Source of the DNA: Carpediemonas membranifera BICM
Lineage: Eukaryota; Protista; Fornicata
DNA length: 64,000 nucleotides
Assembly: GCA_019828565.1 (NCBI GenBank)
Contig: JAHDYR010000035.1
Span: 1 to 64,000, forward strand
Direction: 5' to 3'
The translations under genes were made by a program, and so were the position numbers. How positions within the stretch are numbered: the first letter of the stretch is position 1; the number at the start of each line of letters is the position of its first letter. The notes under the pieces are model-generated. The model worked only from the letters and a program-made list of their open reading frames with translations, had not been told where the DNA came from and did not search any database. Shown here in pieces: positions 1 through 10,254 of the stretch.

Positions 1-38
1 AACGTAAATCTGTGTAACTTTGGGTAGGACCCACAACA
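1..38 (-). repeat. Partial LTR of Gypsy family E (third copy, cut by window edge)
   Basis: Identical to the last 38 nt of the 122-bp LTRs at 41819-41940 and 58309-58430. No adjacent PPT, so probably the 5' LTR of an element extending left of the window. Confidence 0.9.
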
Positions 39-338
39 CTAGCCCAAGGTTGATGTACTTGAACTTCGTTTTGAGTCGCTGCCCCGCCGCGAACTGTGCC
101 TCAGTGATGGTATAGTTCCACAGCAGGTCGCTATGTGGACTTGCTAGCGCCCAGACTGACTGGAGCTCTGGTGGTAGTTGTGGGTTGCACTCTCTCGGGC
201 CGTCTCTGTATCGCAGGAAGGCGGTTGTCTCAGCAGCTATATCATCTCGAGTCCGCTCGACATAGCGCATGCATGCGAGGCTGCTTTGGACTCTGTGCCG
301 CACCGTGGGGTCTGTCTCGCCTCTCTCTCTTCTGGGGG
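39..338 (-). mobile_element. Unidentified inserted fragment with a stop-free minus-strand frame, possibly a 5'-truncated non-LTR element
   Basis: About 100 stop-free codons (PRRERGETDP...KFKYINLGL). It replaces the upstream part of the 5' LTR of element A. No diagnostic motif seen. Confidence 0.3.
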
Positions 339-374
339 TCTGCTGCCATCCGGCACAGTGATCACTCCTGGAAA

Positions 375-1664
375 ATGGTAACGCAGAATCATCTGTTCCT
401 ATCTGATCTAGATCCTGTTACGATCAGAACCTTCACTCGGCACTTCCGAGTCCTCAAAGCCCAATTTCCAACTCTTTCGCCATCCGACTGTATTTCAGAA
501 GAGATTCTTGATGTCCTTGAGCTTCGATATGAAGTTGATCTCTCTTCCGCAACCATTGAAGATATCGAGGCTTCTCTCCTCACGCACCTCCTACCTCCAA
601 CACTCAATGGATGCCTCCGAGCAATGCGTGCCCTCCAGATGCCTAATCACGACAACAAGCTTCACTCGATCCTCTTGTACGTCCGAGAGCTCCGTGCGCT
701 CTACAAGCACGCTCTAACGTTCATCCCCGACCACGACCCGCCCAAGCCTGAAGCTGATGATGACGACCCCGACGTAGACGCTCTCGCTGAGCTACTGGGC
801 TCCTCGCCATCCGGGCCTAGCCCCGCTCATCGGGGCCTGAGCAAGGTCGCCGCCCGTGTACTTCTCGCCGCCATCAGGCCAAGTGAGCTTCAAGCTCGCC
901 TCAAGACCGAGGTTGAGCTACAAGGCGCTCGCCTGTTCGAGGATACCGTTCAGATCGTGAAGACCGAGGTCGAGCGCCTCCAGGCGCTGGCAAGCGATCT
1001 GGCAGGCCTCGACATCTCGTCTTTGACACCGTCCACCACGTCAGCTGCCGTGTTGACCTCCGTTGACCGCCCTCGCCAAGGTGGCGGGCAGAGCCGCCAA
1101 GGCCGCCCCGCCATAGGCCGAACACATGGGCTCCCGGCCACACCCTCCAAGACCCCCTGCCCATTCTGTGGTGGTTGGCATTGGAGGTGGCAGTGCCCTA
1201 AGGCCGACGCCGCCCAGCGAGGCTCCACCCAGCAGTCCAACCAGTCGCCGCACCCGGCACAACCGACCGGCCAGCATGACAAGCAACAGCCACATACCCA
1301 AGCCCGACATACTTCGGGCAACGCCAACCGCCAGCTGCCAGTGCCTCAACCAAATGCGGATCCCACTCAGCAGTCCGACCGCCGCGCTGGTAGGATGAAC
1401 CTCCGCCCCAGCAGCACCCTCAAGAAGGGAAGACCAGTGCATGAGACCGCCCATGCCCAGCCGGTGCAGTCTGTCGACGAACCACAGCCCGACTCATCCT
1501 ACTTCACCGTCCAAGGGAAAGTCAATGGCGAGACGCAGACAATCCTGATTGATTCCGGTTCCGCCCCAAGCTGTATTTCGCAGTTGTTGGCCGAGCGCCT
1601 CAAGGCCACGATCGACACATCCGTCTCAATTGCTCTGTGGACGTCAATAAGCAGCTTTTTATGA
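375..1664 (+). CDS. Element A Gag plus N-terminal part of aspartic protease
   Basis: ATG 17 nt after the LTR end; Zn knuckle CPFCGGWHWRWQC; protease motif LIDSGS; frameshift near 1640. Confidence 0.85.
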   Translation: MVTQNHLFLSDLDPVTIRTFTRHFRVLKAQFPTLSPSDCISEEILDVLELRYEVDLSSATIEDIEASLLTHLLPPTLNGCLRAMRALQMPNHDNKLHSILLYVRELRALYKHALTFIPDHDPPKPEADDDDPDVDALAELLGSSPSGPSPAHRGLSKVAARVLLAAIRPSELQARLKTEVELQGARLFEDTVQIVKTEVERLQALASDLAGLDISSLTPSTTSAAVLTSVDRPRQGGGQSRQGRPAIGRTHGLPATPSKTPCPFCGGWHWRWQCPKADAAQRGSTQQSNQSPHPAQPTGQHDKQQPHTQARHTSGNANRQLPVPQPNADPTQQSDRRAGRMNLRPSSTLKKGRPVHETAHAQPVQSVDEPQPDSSYFTVQGKVNGETQTILIDSGSAPSCISQLLAERLKATIDTSVSIALWTSISSFL

Positions 1665-3658
1665 CGAAGGGCGTAGCAAAGGTGAGTCTGAGCCTTCCAT
1701 CTGCGGGCAACGCCATGGTCACTACCGAGGCCACCTTCCACGTAATAGAACGCGACGATGATCACATACTCGTTGGTTGTGATATCCTCAGAGCTCTTGG
1801 CTTCCTCAGCGCCAAGGGCCTCTTCGTCCCTACAGGCGTCGACTGCAACGAAGACCCCCAGACCACCGAAGGGCTCCCTCCCCACAAGTACCTAGACCCA
1901 GTCCCTGTCGCTGAAGCCTCAGCTGCTCCACAGTTCTTCAGCGATGAAGTGGACGTATGTCCTGATCAACTACACGACCCTATCCGTGAGATCCTCCGCA
2001 AGCATGACGCCGTGTTCGATCCAAACCTCCCCGAAGAGCCGGCAGCCTTCCCCCCCATGACCATCCCGACCGACGGCTACATTGTCAACATGAAGCCACG
2101 CCCTCTGGCTCCAGCCAAGACGGAGTGGCTGCACGATCATGTCTCAGACTTACGCGACAAGGGCATCACCGAGGCCAACACCGGCCCATATGCCAGTCCA
2201 GTAGTCCTCGTGCGAAAGGGGGACGCTTGGCGGCTTTGCATCGACTATGTCCTACTCAACAGCCACACCACCCGTGATCGACACCCCCTCCCCAACATGC
2301 GCGAGTTCCTTCGCCGAGCAAGTGGGTGCGACCGATTTGCCGCCCTGGACCTGACCTCAGGCTATTGGCAGGTGCCTATGGCTGACGAGGACAAGGAGAA
2401 GACCGCGTTCATCGCCCCTGGCGTGCATGAACAGTTCACCAGGATGCCTTTTGGGCTTGCCAATGCCCCGTCGCATTTCCAGCGAGGTATCGAGACTATC
2501 CTCGGGCCCATCCTCCATAAGGGGGTTGACCCGTACATCGATGACCTCTTCATGTACTCCTCCGAGGAACTTTTCCTCAAGCTTCTCGATGACACCCTCA
2601 CTCGCCTGGAAGAAGCCAACGTCCGCCTAGGCGCAAAGAAGTGCCGAATAGGCTATTCCGAGGCCCCCATAGTTGGTTTCATTGTCGACAAGGCTGGAGT
2701 TCACGTAGACCCTGAGCGCACCCGCGCCCTACGAGAGCTTCCCCTCCCCACTGATGTCCACGGGCTCAGGACCGTGCTCGTCAAGTTCCAGTTCTTAGCC
2801 TCATTCATCTCAGAGAAACGCCATGAGCTGTTCAAGCCCCTTACCGCTCTCCTAGAGAAGGACGCCGTCTTCAGCTTCGGCCCAGCCGAGACTGAGGCTT
2901 TCAACACCCTTAAGTCCCTCTTCACCGATGACCTCTTCATCGCTCACCCAGACTTGTCCCTTCCTTGGACCCTCGAGACCGACGCTTCCAATGTCGGAGC
3001 CGGAGGTGTGCTCTACCAGACTCCCAACGACAACTCGGGCAGACAAGTGCTGGCCTATTTCTCTCATACGTTCACCCCCACCCAGACCAGATGGGCTACC
3101 TGCGAACAGGAACTTTTCGCCATCGTATACGCCTTCACGCACCCCTCCCTCACCCACCTTCTGCGCGTGAAGCATGTAACCCTCAGAACAGACCACCGTA
3201 ATCTGATCTACATGATCTACAAGTCCGCGACGAACGACAAGATCCTCCGCTGGCGTCTGACGCTAGCCGACTTCGACTTTGAAATCACACACGTTCCCGG
3301 GAAGGATAACGTCATAGCTGATTCGCTCAGCCGGTATGGCCACGGCCAGACTACAGCCCAACCCGTCGCCGCCATATCTGTCGATGCCCGGTTCAAGGAC
3401 AGACTGGCACACTTCCAAGGAGAGGACCCGGAGATCAGCAAGCTGCCGGTAGACGCTGATGGTCTCCGACGCCGGAACGGAGCCTGCATGATCCCGACCT
3501 GTGATCAAACGAAGGGCTTACGCCAAGAGCTTATTGCCATCGCTCACCGTGGCCACCACGGAGCTAGAGCCACGTACACCCGCCTCCGCGATGACGGCTA
3601 CACCTGGGTCAGCGCGACTCAAGAGATCGCCGCCTACGTCCACTCCTGTCCGATCTGT
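1637..3658 (+). CDS. Element A Pol: protease C-terminus, RT, RNase H, integrase Zn finger
   Basis: YASPVVLV, RLCIDY, LDLTSGYWQ, MPFGL, YIDD, ETDAS, TDHRNL, H..H..CPIC. Confidence 0.93.
3617..3658 (+). repeat. 42-bp target-site duplication of the LINE (second copy 10628-10669)
   Basis: ACTCAAGAGATCGCCGCCTACGTCCACTCCTGTCCGATCTGT occurs exactly at both ends; removing the insert restores the integrase frame. Confidence 0.95.
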
Positions 3659-3659
3659 G

Positions 3660-5216
3660 GTGGCAATCCCAAACCTAAAACGGGACAACGCCCGCTATAA
3701 GCGGGCTAAGGATGCCTGTAATGACCTACTCCAAGATGCTGAGCACCTTGCAGCTGCATTTGGGCTCTCCATCCGGGAAGGTATCCTCAAACTCTTTCCC
3801 CTCATTGCCTATGATCTTGTCCACACGGTTGGAACGCTTAAGGCTGCCCTAATCCACTGCAGGTTCACGGGACTCCCCCCAGCTAGCAGCATGGACTGGA
3901 GCAAGTTCGCAGATTTCATCTCCGCCAGATGCCCTACAGTGTTAGACCAACGGAACGATCCTTGGCCTCCAACCATATCCACTGTCCCGAACTCTCCGAG
4001 CCTGACATGGCAGGCAGTCGGTCAAAGAGAGCCTCTTGGTCCCCGCATCGCTCACTCCGGCCGGCCCGGCCCCATTGTATCTCCGGATGGTCTCAACCTC
4101 ACGCCGTTCATGGGCCTCGAGGTAATCCACTTACTGTATGGCGCCTCTCCCGTGTTGGGAGGACATGCGATGACTGAGCTTTATGCCGAATGGGGTGGAG
4201 CCACAGCGGCCGACCTTCAGTCTTCCTTATCGAATACCTTATCAGACAGCCTTATCTCTCCCATTCGCCGGAAGGCCTATCCAGTCGATGACTCTACTAT
4301 ATCCATAAGTTCCTGTTCAAACTCTGATGTTGAGCTCGCAAGCCCGATCCCTGTTAGCGTGGAAGAGGTTGCGCGGCAGATTCGGAAAGAAATATCGTCT
4401 TGCGAAGAGAACAGCATTTATCCATCATCCCCGATCGTAGCTGAGGAGCCTAACGCCCGTTGGGGCCCTCTCATGAGCATCCCAGTTCACGCCGACGGCA
4501 ACTGTGGCCTTCACTCACTTGCTGTCTCTCTGGGTATGACGGGCCTGACGAGACGAGAAGCCGTGTCGAAACTTGCCTCCGCCATCCAGAATGGTACAGT
4601 GGATCTTAACTCCTCGTGGAGATCCACGGTGCGCACTTTAACCACACACACCACCGCTAGCGACATTGGTAGTGCCTTCCTATCCACCACAGACCTCCGC
4701 AATATTGCATCGCTCTTTGGAAAAAATGTGCTTATTGCTCATCGATATGATGCCAACACAGTCTCAGTAACCATCCCAGCATTATCCGAGTTCTCTACAC
4801 TTCCTCTCAATATTGACGCGCTCAAAACGATGCTCAAAACCGATTACATCCTCATTAGACTGAGTGCTCTGCACTTCACGCCTCTTTTTCCGTCTGTGAG
4901 GAGCGCAGAAGCAAGGCGCCTGCAATATGCTGAATATCGTCCAAGAAGAGCCCCCTCTAGTGTGGCTCGCAACAACATCGCCGCTGAAGGCCTCGATAGC
5001 GCCCCCTCTAGTGTGGCCCGCAACAACATCGCCGCTGAAGGCCTCGATAGCGCCCCCTCTAGTGTGGCCCGCAACAACATCGCCGCTGGAGGCCTCGATA
5101 GCGCCCCCTCTAGTGTGGCTCGCAACAACATCGTCGCTGGAGGCCTCGATAGCGCCCCCTCTAGTGTGGCCCGCAACAACATCGCCGCTGGAGGCCTCGA
5201 TAGCGCCCCCCTCTAG
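3660..5216 (+). CDS. LINE polyprotein part 1: OTU-like cysteine protease domain followed by a 17-aa repeat linker
   Basis: VHADGNCGLHSLAVSL (Asp/Cys loop at about 4494-4505) and SALHFTPL (His at about 4872). Frame is open from the element's 5' end. Confidence 0.75.
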   Translation: MAIPNLKRDNARYKRAKDACNDLLQDAEHLAAAFGLSIREGILKLFPLIAYDLVHTVGTLKAALIHCRFTGLPPASSMDWSKFADFISARCPTVLDQRNDPWPPTISTVPNSPSLTWQAVGQREPLGPRIAHSGRPGPIVSPDGLNLTPFMGLEVIHLLYGASPVLGGHAMTELYAEWGGATAADLQSSLSNTLSDSLISPIRRKAYPVDDSTISISSCSNSDVELASPIPVSVEEVARQIRKEISSCEENSIYPSSPIVAEEPNARWGPLMSIPVHADGNCGLHSLAVSLGMTGLTRREAVSKLASAIQNGTVDLNSSWRSTVRTLTTHTTASDIGSAFLSTTDLRNIASLFGKNVLIAHRYDANTVSVTIPALSEFSTLPLNIDALKTMLKTDYILIRLSALHFTPLFPSVRSAEARRLQYAEYRPRRAPSSVARNNIAAEGLDSAPSSVARNNIAAEGLDSAPSSVARNNIAAGGLDSAPSSVARNNIVAGGLDSAPSSVARNNIAAGGLDSAPL

Positions 5217-5386
5217 TGTGGCCCGCAACAACATCGCCGCTGAAGGCCTCGATAGCGCCCCCTCTAGTGTGGCCCGCAACAACATCGCCGCTGAAGGCCT
5301 CGATAGCGCCCCCCTCTAGTGTGGCCCGCAACAACATCGCCGCTGAAGGCCTCGATAGCGCCCCCTCTAGTGTGGCCCGCAACAAC
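4950..5386 (+). repeat. 51-bp coding tandem repeat, about 8.5 copies (APSSVARNNIAAEGLDS)
   Basis: Unit GCCCCCTCTAGTGTGGCCCGCAACAACATCGCCGCTGAAGGCCTCGATAGC; two copies have C6 instead of C5, causing frameshifts. Confidence 0.97.
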
Positions 5387-6151
5387 CGTGATGGCGTCCA
5401 TGGCGCTCTCATAGGCTTGTCTGGCAAGAGAGAGGGTCCTGTTTCTCATATCCTAGTGGTCGACTTTGAAGGACTAGGAACTGCCGTAGACCGCAGAGCC
5501 ACCAAACAGAGTCGCGTCTCATATCCCGTAGAGGCCGGCGCCACACTCCTAGCCCGCGTCAAGGATCCTGAAACGGGGATAATGATGTGGGACGTCGCAG
5601 GGGTCCACTGGGGCGGCTTAGAAGTTGATATCCCAGCGCAGTTAATGCAGACAGCTTTATACCAAGCGGCAGTTGTTCATGGGTGTCCTCCCATGAGCTT
5701 CAGAGTACACCCCGACCACCCCGGGATCTCATTCCCCAGCCCGACCGACTGGCTTCACCACCTCACGGTCATAGTGAGCTCCCTCCCGAACTGCATCATG
5801 GTCGCCAAAGACCCGAGACTTGAGAACTCCGTCCTAGAGTCATGGGTCTCGGAAAGCGATGCCCCCTTCCTTGACAAGGTCTATGACATAAGTGATCTAG
5901 AGTCCATAGACAAAAGATCCTTTGGGCATATCCATGACTACTGCCGTTCACCCGAGTTCTCTGAGGCGATGTCGATAGCCCAATGTCTCACAATGGTGAA
6001 GTGCCCCTGCCCGTACCACATTGGAACAGATCCAGGCTACCATTGTGCTCTCAGTGACACTGTAGCTTTCGCGGCGGTACTGCACACAGTCTCATGTCTC
6101 GACCGAACATCTAGGGGAGCTATCACATCCACGTACTCTGGAAATCACTGA
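5216..6151 (+). CDS. LINE polyprotein part 2: DEDD/DnaQ-like, Maelstrom-like nuclease domain
   Basis: LVVDFEG ... YPVEAG ... VVHGCP ... CPYH ... HCALSD. Confidence 0.65.
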   Translation: MWPATTSPLKASIAPPLVWPATTSPLKASIAPPSSVARNNIAAEGLDSAPSSVARNNRDGVHGALIGLSGKREGPVSHILVVDFEGLGTAVDRRATKQSRVSYPVEAGATLLARVKDPETGIMMWDVAGVHWGGLEVDIPAQLMQTALYQAAVVHGCPPMSFRVHPDHPGISFPSPTDWLHHLTVIVSSLPNCIMVAKDPRLENSVLESWVSESDAPFLDKVYDISDLESIDKRSFGHIHDYCRSPEFSEAMSIAQCLTMVKCPCPYHIGTDPGYHCALSDTVAFAAVLHTVSCLDRTSRGAITSTYSGNH

Positions 6152-6167
6152 TGCATGGAGGAAAGAC

Positions 6168-8408
6168 TTGGATGTCCTCATCGGCAACTGGTCCTCTCTC
6201 CTGCCCGACCTGGCCGTGCTACTACTCCAAGACCTCCACCTGCCAACGCTTGAGGAGCTGCACCACATCCTCAAGGAGTACGTAATAGCACCTAAGGGTG
6301 GCTGCTCCTTCCCCACAGGTGATAGGGCCAGACAGGCTATGACGTGCCGTCAATTTATTGCAGTGCGGAGCCCAGCTCGGCGAGGGTGGGAATGGTTTGA
6401 TCCTCTTGCCAAGATGATAGCGGTGGCGGATGCGGCAGGCATAGTCCCTCCAAACAGCCTAGAACAGCCATTCATCAGGATAGCGACGGTGAATAACGAC
6501 AGCTCCTTCAGCAATCAGTTGACGGCTCAGCAAGTTTACTGGGAGTGCCCTCCTCACCGAGACCTACCGCAATCTGCTGCAGAGCTTCTGGCTCTCAACG
6601 TTCCTCCCTCGGCAGACAACTCCAAAGGAGTAGTCAAGAGGTCCTACAGAGCGCCGGATCATTGGTTTCTAGTCCCGAGAATCCCCAACAAGCCAGTGCG
6701 AGGGCTCCGCAAAGTCAGACTGAGAGGGCCCATGACTCGAGGAGACATGGATGCCCTCATACAGAAGGCAGAAACAGCATGGGTCAGCGAAGCGTGGGAC
6801 CTTTCTCCGGTGTTCAAAGCTCTCCAGAGTGCCCGAGCTCACGACGGTAACTGGAGTAAGGTTGAGCCACCGGCTTCTTCCACGCCAGCTCCAAGCTTAG
6901 CCACGCGAGTCTCGCCTGCGACCTTCAGGAATCAGAGAGGGCGAAGTCAAGCAGGTAGACGACCAGTAAATGGTCACCTCTACTCGTGGAATTGCACATC
7001 ACTCAACATCACCAAGATGACTCTTGCTCTAGTACAAGACGTGGACATCATGGCCATTCAGGAGCTATGGTGGTGGGCCCAGTCCCCGGAGCTGCCCACA
7101 ACGAATGACAAGGTCCTGCTATACCACGGAGTGATCAAGTCAGAGTCCGAGACAAAGCATCTAGGCGTAGGCATCATGCTGAGGAAGGAATTAGCTGAGC
7201 TCTGCACATACGTCGAGAACCAACCCCACTCTCCAAGGTTGATTCAAGCTGACCTAGGCTGCGTGTTTGTAACAGCTGGCAAACTGAAGGTCCGTGTCAT
7301 GTCCATCTATAGTCCATGCACGGGAGCACAAGCCAAGAAAGAGTTCCACACTCTACTGTCCTCCGAGGTGAAGAAAGCTATTGAGCAAGGGCTCCAAGTT
7401 CTTGTCATGGGAGACTTCAACACGAACCTACTAGATCCATCGACGCTGTGGGCTACCACCCTAAAGGAGTGTGGCTTGAGACTGGTAGTGCCCGACGGCC
7501 CGACCTTCATGGACAGAGTAATTGATGGCATCGCAGCAACACCTAAGCTGGCTGATCTCATCAAGAAGCCGCTCACAGTATCCCTTGAACCCAAAGGACA
7601 CAGAGCGGTTGTAGCAAGATCAGGCATAACGGGTTACTTTCGCACGAGGAGCAAGGCAACAGCAGTCCTCAACGAAAGACATGTGGCTAACGTACTTGAA
7701 TGCAGCAAGGATCATCGAAAGGCGAGGACTCTCCTGAGGAACATCAGCCACCTTGATGTCGACCAAGCCTTTCAAAGCCTGACGTCGACTATCAACCGAT
7801 GGGCGTTGGTGGACACTGCGGCCTCACATGAAGTGAGAGAAGTCGAGAGAGCAGAAGACTACGACCACTGGTTTGTCGCCGGAGAGCAGATCGGTATTTC
7901 CCCTGAACGGCTCTATGAGCTCATCATTGAGGATCATCGCCACCAACATCAGCTCAAGGAGAGGACGAGCAGAGGCCCCAAAGCTCTCGTGTGCTCTGAG
8001 CTATCATCAGCAATGCTATCAGTAGCGTTAGCATCCTCGGAGAGCCACGCCCACTCAACACTCAAAGCCTACCATGCCCGAGCCAAGCGAGTCTCTGAGA
8101 GCATGGATGTCATGTCCCCTGAATTCTTTAGATACGTCCATTGGAAGCTTTTTGAAGGGGCAGGCCAGAGTGTCTGGTCTTCGCAGAGACCTGGAAGGCT
8201 TACTCAGAGGACCCGGCCTTCCTGCTACCACCACAGTAGGAGGCAGAGTGATCACCAACCGAGAAGAAGTAGCCAAGGCCTTCGAGGAGTGGTATGCGTC
8301 AGTATCATATGTGGCAGGAGCAGTAGAACCATCCATCTCTCGCCCCGATATAGAGCTCGAAATCACGGACACTCTCCTGGAAGGGGCTCTCAAATCTGCC
8401 AAGAATAG
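6168..8408 (+). CDS. LINE polyprotein part 3: apurinic-like endonuclease (APE)
   Basis: SWNCTSL, IMAIQE, GVGIM, SIYSP, MGDFN, IDGI, GH. Frame is open upstream to 6066 and overlaps part 2. Confidence 0.88.
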   Translation: MDVLIGNWSSLLPDLAVLLLQDLHLPTLEELHHILKEYVIAPKGGCSFPTGDRARQAMTCRQFIAVRSPARRGWEWFDPLAKMIAVADAAGIVPPNSLEQPFIRIATVNNDSSFSNQLTAQQVYWECPPHRDLPQSAAELLALNVPPSADNSKGVVKRSYRAPDHWFLVPRIPNKPVRGLRKVRLRGPMTRGDMDALIQKAETAWVSEAWDLSPVFKALQSARAHDGNWSKVEPPASSTPAPSLATRVSPATFRNQRGRSQAGRRPVNGHLYSWNCTSLNITKMTLALVQDVDIMAIQELWWWAQSPELPTTNDKVLLYHGVIKSESETKHLGVGIMLRKELAELCTYVENQPHSPRLIQADLGCVFVTAGKLKVRVMSIYSPCTGAQAKKEFHTLLSSEVKKAIEQGLQVLVMGDFNTNLLDPSTLWATTLKECGLRLVVPDGPTFMDRVIDGIAATPKLADLIKKPLTVSLEPKGHRAVVARSGITGYFRTRSKATAVLNERHVANVLECSKDHRKARTLLRNISHLDVDQAFQSLTSTINRWALVDTAASHEVREVERAEDYDHWFVAGEQIGISPERLYELIIEDHRHQHQLKERTSRGPKALVCSELSSAMLSVALASSESHAHSTLKAYHARAKRVSESMDVMSPEFFRYVHWKLFEGAGQSVWSSQRPGRLTQRTRPSCYHHSRRQSDHQPRRSSQGLRGVVCVSIICGRSSRTIHLSPRYRARNHGHSPGRGSQICQE

Positions 8409-10254
8409 ATCAGCCCCAGGCAGTGATGGACTAACCCCGGCAATTTTCAAATATTGCCCAGTCCTCAAGGAGGCGCTCAAGACTCTGCTACAGAAGTGCA
8501 TTGACCAACTCAAGACCCCAGCAGAGTGGCATACCGCCGTGGTAATTCCATTGAAAAAGCCCGGCTCTACTAGCGATGCTCCTGTGGCGTTCAGACCTAT
8601 CTCCCTACTTTCCACAGCCCACAAGGTGCTCGGCACAATGATGATCCGCACGATTGACCGAGACAACCCTCTTCCCCCTGAACAATACGGTGCAAGGCCG
8701 GGTGTTTCATCGGTTGATGCACTATGGGCTATTGAGCACGCGAGACGTGGGTTCAAAGCGACCCACATTGGGACTCTGGACGTGGCTAAGGCCTTTGACC
8801 GTGTCCCGAGGAGAGATGCATTGGACTCGTTGAGGGGGAACAGAAGGGCCATTGAGATGTTGAAGGAGATGCATTTGCACACAAGGATCTCTATGCGAGG
8901 TAGCAGCACTAGCGCCGCTACCAACACAGGAGTACGGCAAGGATGCACCACTGCTCCCTTCATCTTCACAAGATACCTTGCGGAAGTCCCTCACATCATT
9001 GCAAGCTTAACCGCTCTAGGGAAGGAAGCAATTGAGAAGCTTCCTCCCGACATAGAGACCCTGAGACGAGTGGCAGCAAGGCCGTGCGTTCCCTGGATTG
9101 TCACAGTCCTGTTCGTTGATGACATTACAATAGTAGCTCCCTCCCTTAAGTGGTTGGAGGCAGCACTTACGGCGGCATGGACATGCATGCTAGCGCTATC
9201 CTTGGAGCCCAACGATAAGACCACCTATGTCTCAGAGGACGACACCCCCTCCCTCACCATCCATGGCAATCCAGTCATTAAGAGAGACGCGGTCAAGCTC
9301 CTAGGGGTCCTCTTCGATACGTCCCGAGACTTCTCCACCCAGAATAGGACTATGGGCGAAAGGATAGACAGAGAGCTACGACTACTGAGAGCTAGCGGCG
9401 TGATGCACTCCAAGTTCTGTCCTCGCATTGTAGAGGTCTACACCCTCCCCAAGCTGCTGTACGGGTGGAGCGTCTGGGCTAATCATAAGGCTGTCTCCCA
9501 GGTAGGCAAGCTTGCATCGGCAGCCCTAAGGATCAGCCCAACTGCATCGGAGGCGAAGTACCTGGAGCTAGGCTGGCTGCATCCAGAGGCAATGCTCCTG
9601 CTGGACAGATTCAAGCAAGGGGTGAGATGGGCGAGAATCCATCCGGGCAAGGATCTCCCAGACTGCATTGCTGAGGCACAAGGCAGCCTTGGCCTGTCCC
9701 ACTCCGACAGCCTTGACCTAGCAGCCTGTCGAGCAGCCCAGCTCTCTCACGACATAATCTGCCGTGGTAACAAAGTGGCTGTCAGGAGATACGTCACGGA
9801 GTCGGCACTCACCCGCCCTTTTACCCGCTCTAACTACCCGGCCAGGCAGCCATACCTCGACCATCTAACGGCTGGGCCAGCGAAGCGCCTCGCGATGCTA
9901 CGGCTATCGTGTCTACCAATGCCAACGAGAGGGGCTCTTCCTGACGCGTGGCAGCCGGTCAGGGGAATCCTACAGGACCTGAAGGATGAACCGGAAGCCG
10001 CCGCAGCTCTTGAGGCATGTCCTCTCTGTCAGGGTGAGGCCATCGCCGCGGCTGTGATTGAGATCCTGACGTCCCCTACCAAGACCTTAGCAGTGCTGAG
10101 ATCCAGGACGTGGGTTGTCCTGAACCAGACCCACTTGGCTAAGTGCGACCACTTCAAGATTAACCCCATCCTCCTTTTCAAGGACCCCCTGACCCTGAGC
10201 AGGCGTGACGACGCCAAGCTCACACATATGTTGAGTGTACTTTGTGACGCGTGA
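8074..10254 (+). CDS. LINE polyprotein part 4: non-LTR reverse transcriptase
   Basis: SAPGSDGL, FRPISLL, QYGARPG, LDVAKAFD, GVRQG, FVDD, LLGV. Confidence 0.93.
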   Translation: MPEPSESLRAWMSCPLNSLDTSIGSFLKGQARVSGLRRDLEGLLRGPGLPATTTVGGRVITNREEVAKAFEEWYASVSYVAGAVEPSISRPDIELEITDTLLEGALKSAKNRSAPGSDGLTPAIFKYCPVLKEALKTLLQKCIDQLKTPAEWHTAVVIPLKKPGSTSDAPVAFRPISLLSTAHKVLGTMMIRTIDRDNPLPPEQYGARPGVSSVDALWAIEHARRGFKATHIGTLDVAKAFDRVPRRDALDSLRGNRRAIEMLKEMHLHTRISMRGSSTSAATNTGVRQGCTTAPFIFTRYLAEVPHIIASLTALGKEAIEKLPPDIETLRRVAARPCVPWIVTVLFVDDITIVAPSLKWLEAALTAAWTCMLALSLEPNDKTTYVSEDDTPSLTIHGNPVIKRDAVKLLGVLFDTSRDFSTQNRTMGERIDRELRLLRASGVMHSKFCPRIVEVYTLPKLLYGWSVWANHKAVSQVGKLASAALRISPTASEAKYLELGWLHPEAMLLLDRFKQGVRWARIHPGKDLPDCIAEAQGSLGLSHSDSLDLAACRAAQLSHDIICRGNKVAVRRYVTESALTRPFTRSNYPARQPYLDHLTAGPAKRLAMLRLSCLPMPTRGALPDAWQPVRGILQDLKDEPEAAAALEACPLCQGEAIAAAVIEILTSPTKTLAVLRSRTWVVLNQTHLAKCDHFKINPILLFKDPLTLSRRDDAKLTHMLSVLCDA

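Noticed and set aside
135-374. ORF-track N-terminal extension of gag
   Set aside because: It runs through the LTR remnant and an unrelated insert; the likely start is ATG 375.
1637-1664. Programmed gag-pol ribosomal frameshift
   Set aside because: The shift falls inside the protease, after the DSG motif, and sister element C has a single ORF; more likely an indel.
3501-3658. ORF-track start of the LINE ORF
   Set aside because: It lies in element A sequence, upstream of the TSD-defined boundary.
4950-5386. 51-bp repeat array as CRISPR
   Set aside because: No unique spacers, it is an in-frame coding repeat inside a eukaryotic LINE, and there are no cas genes.
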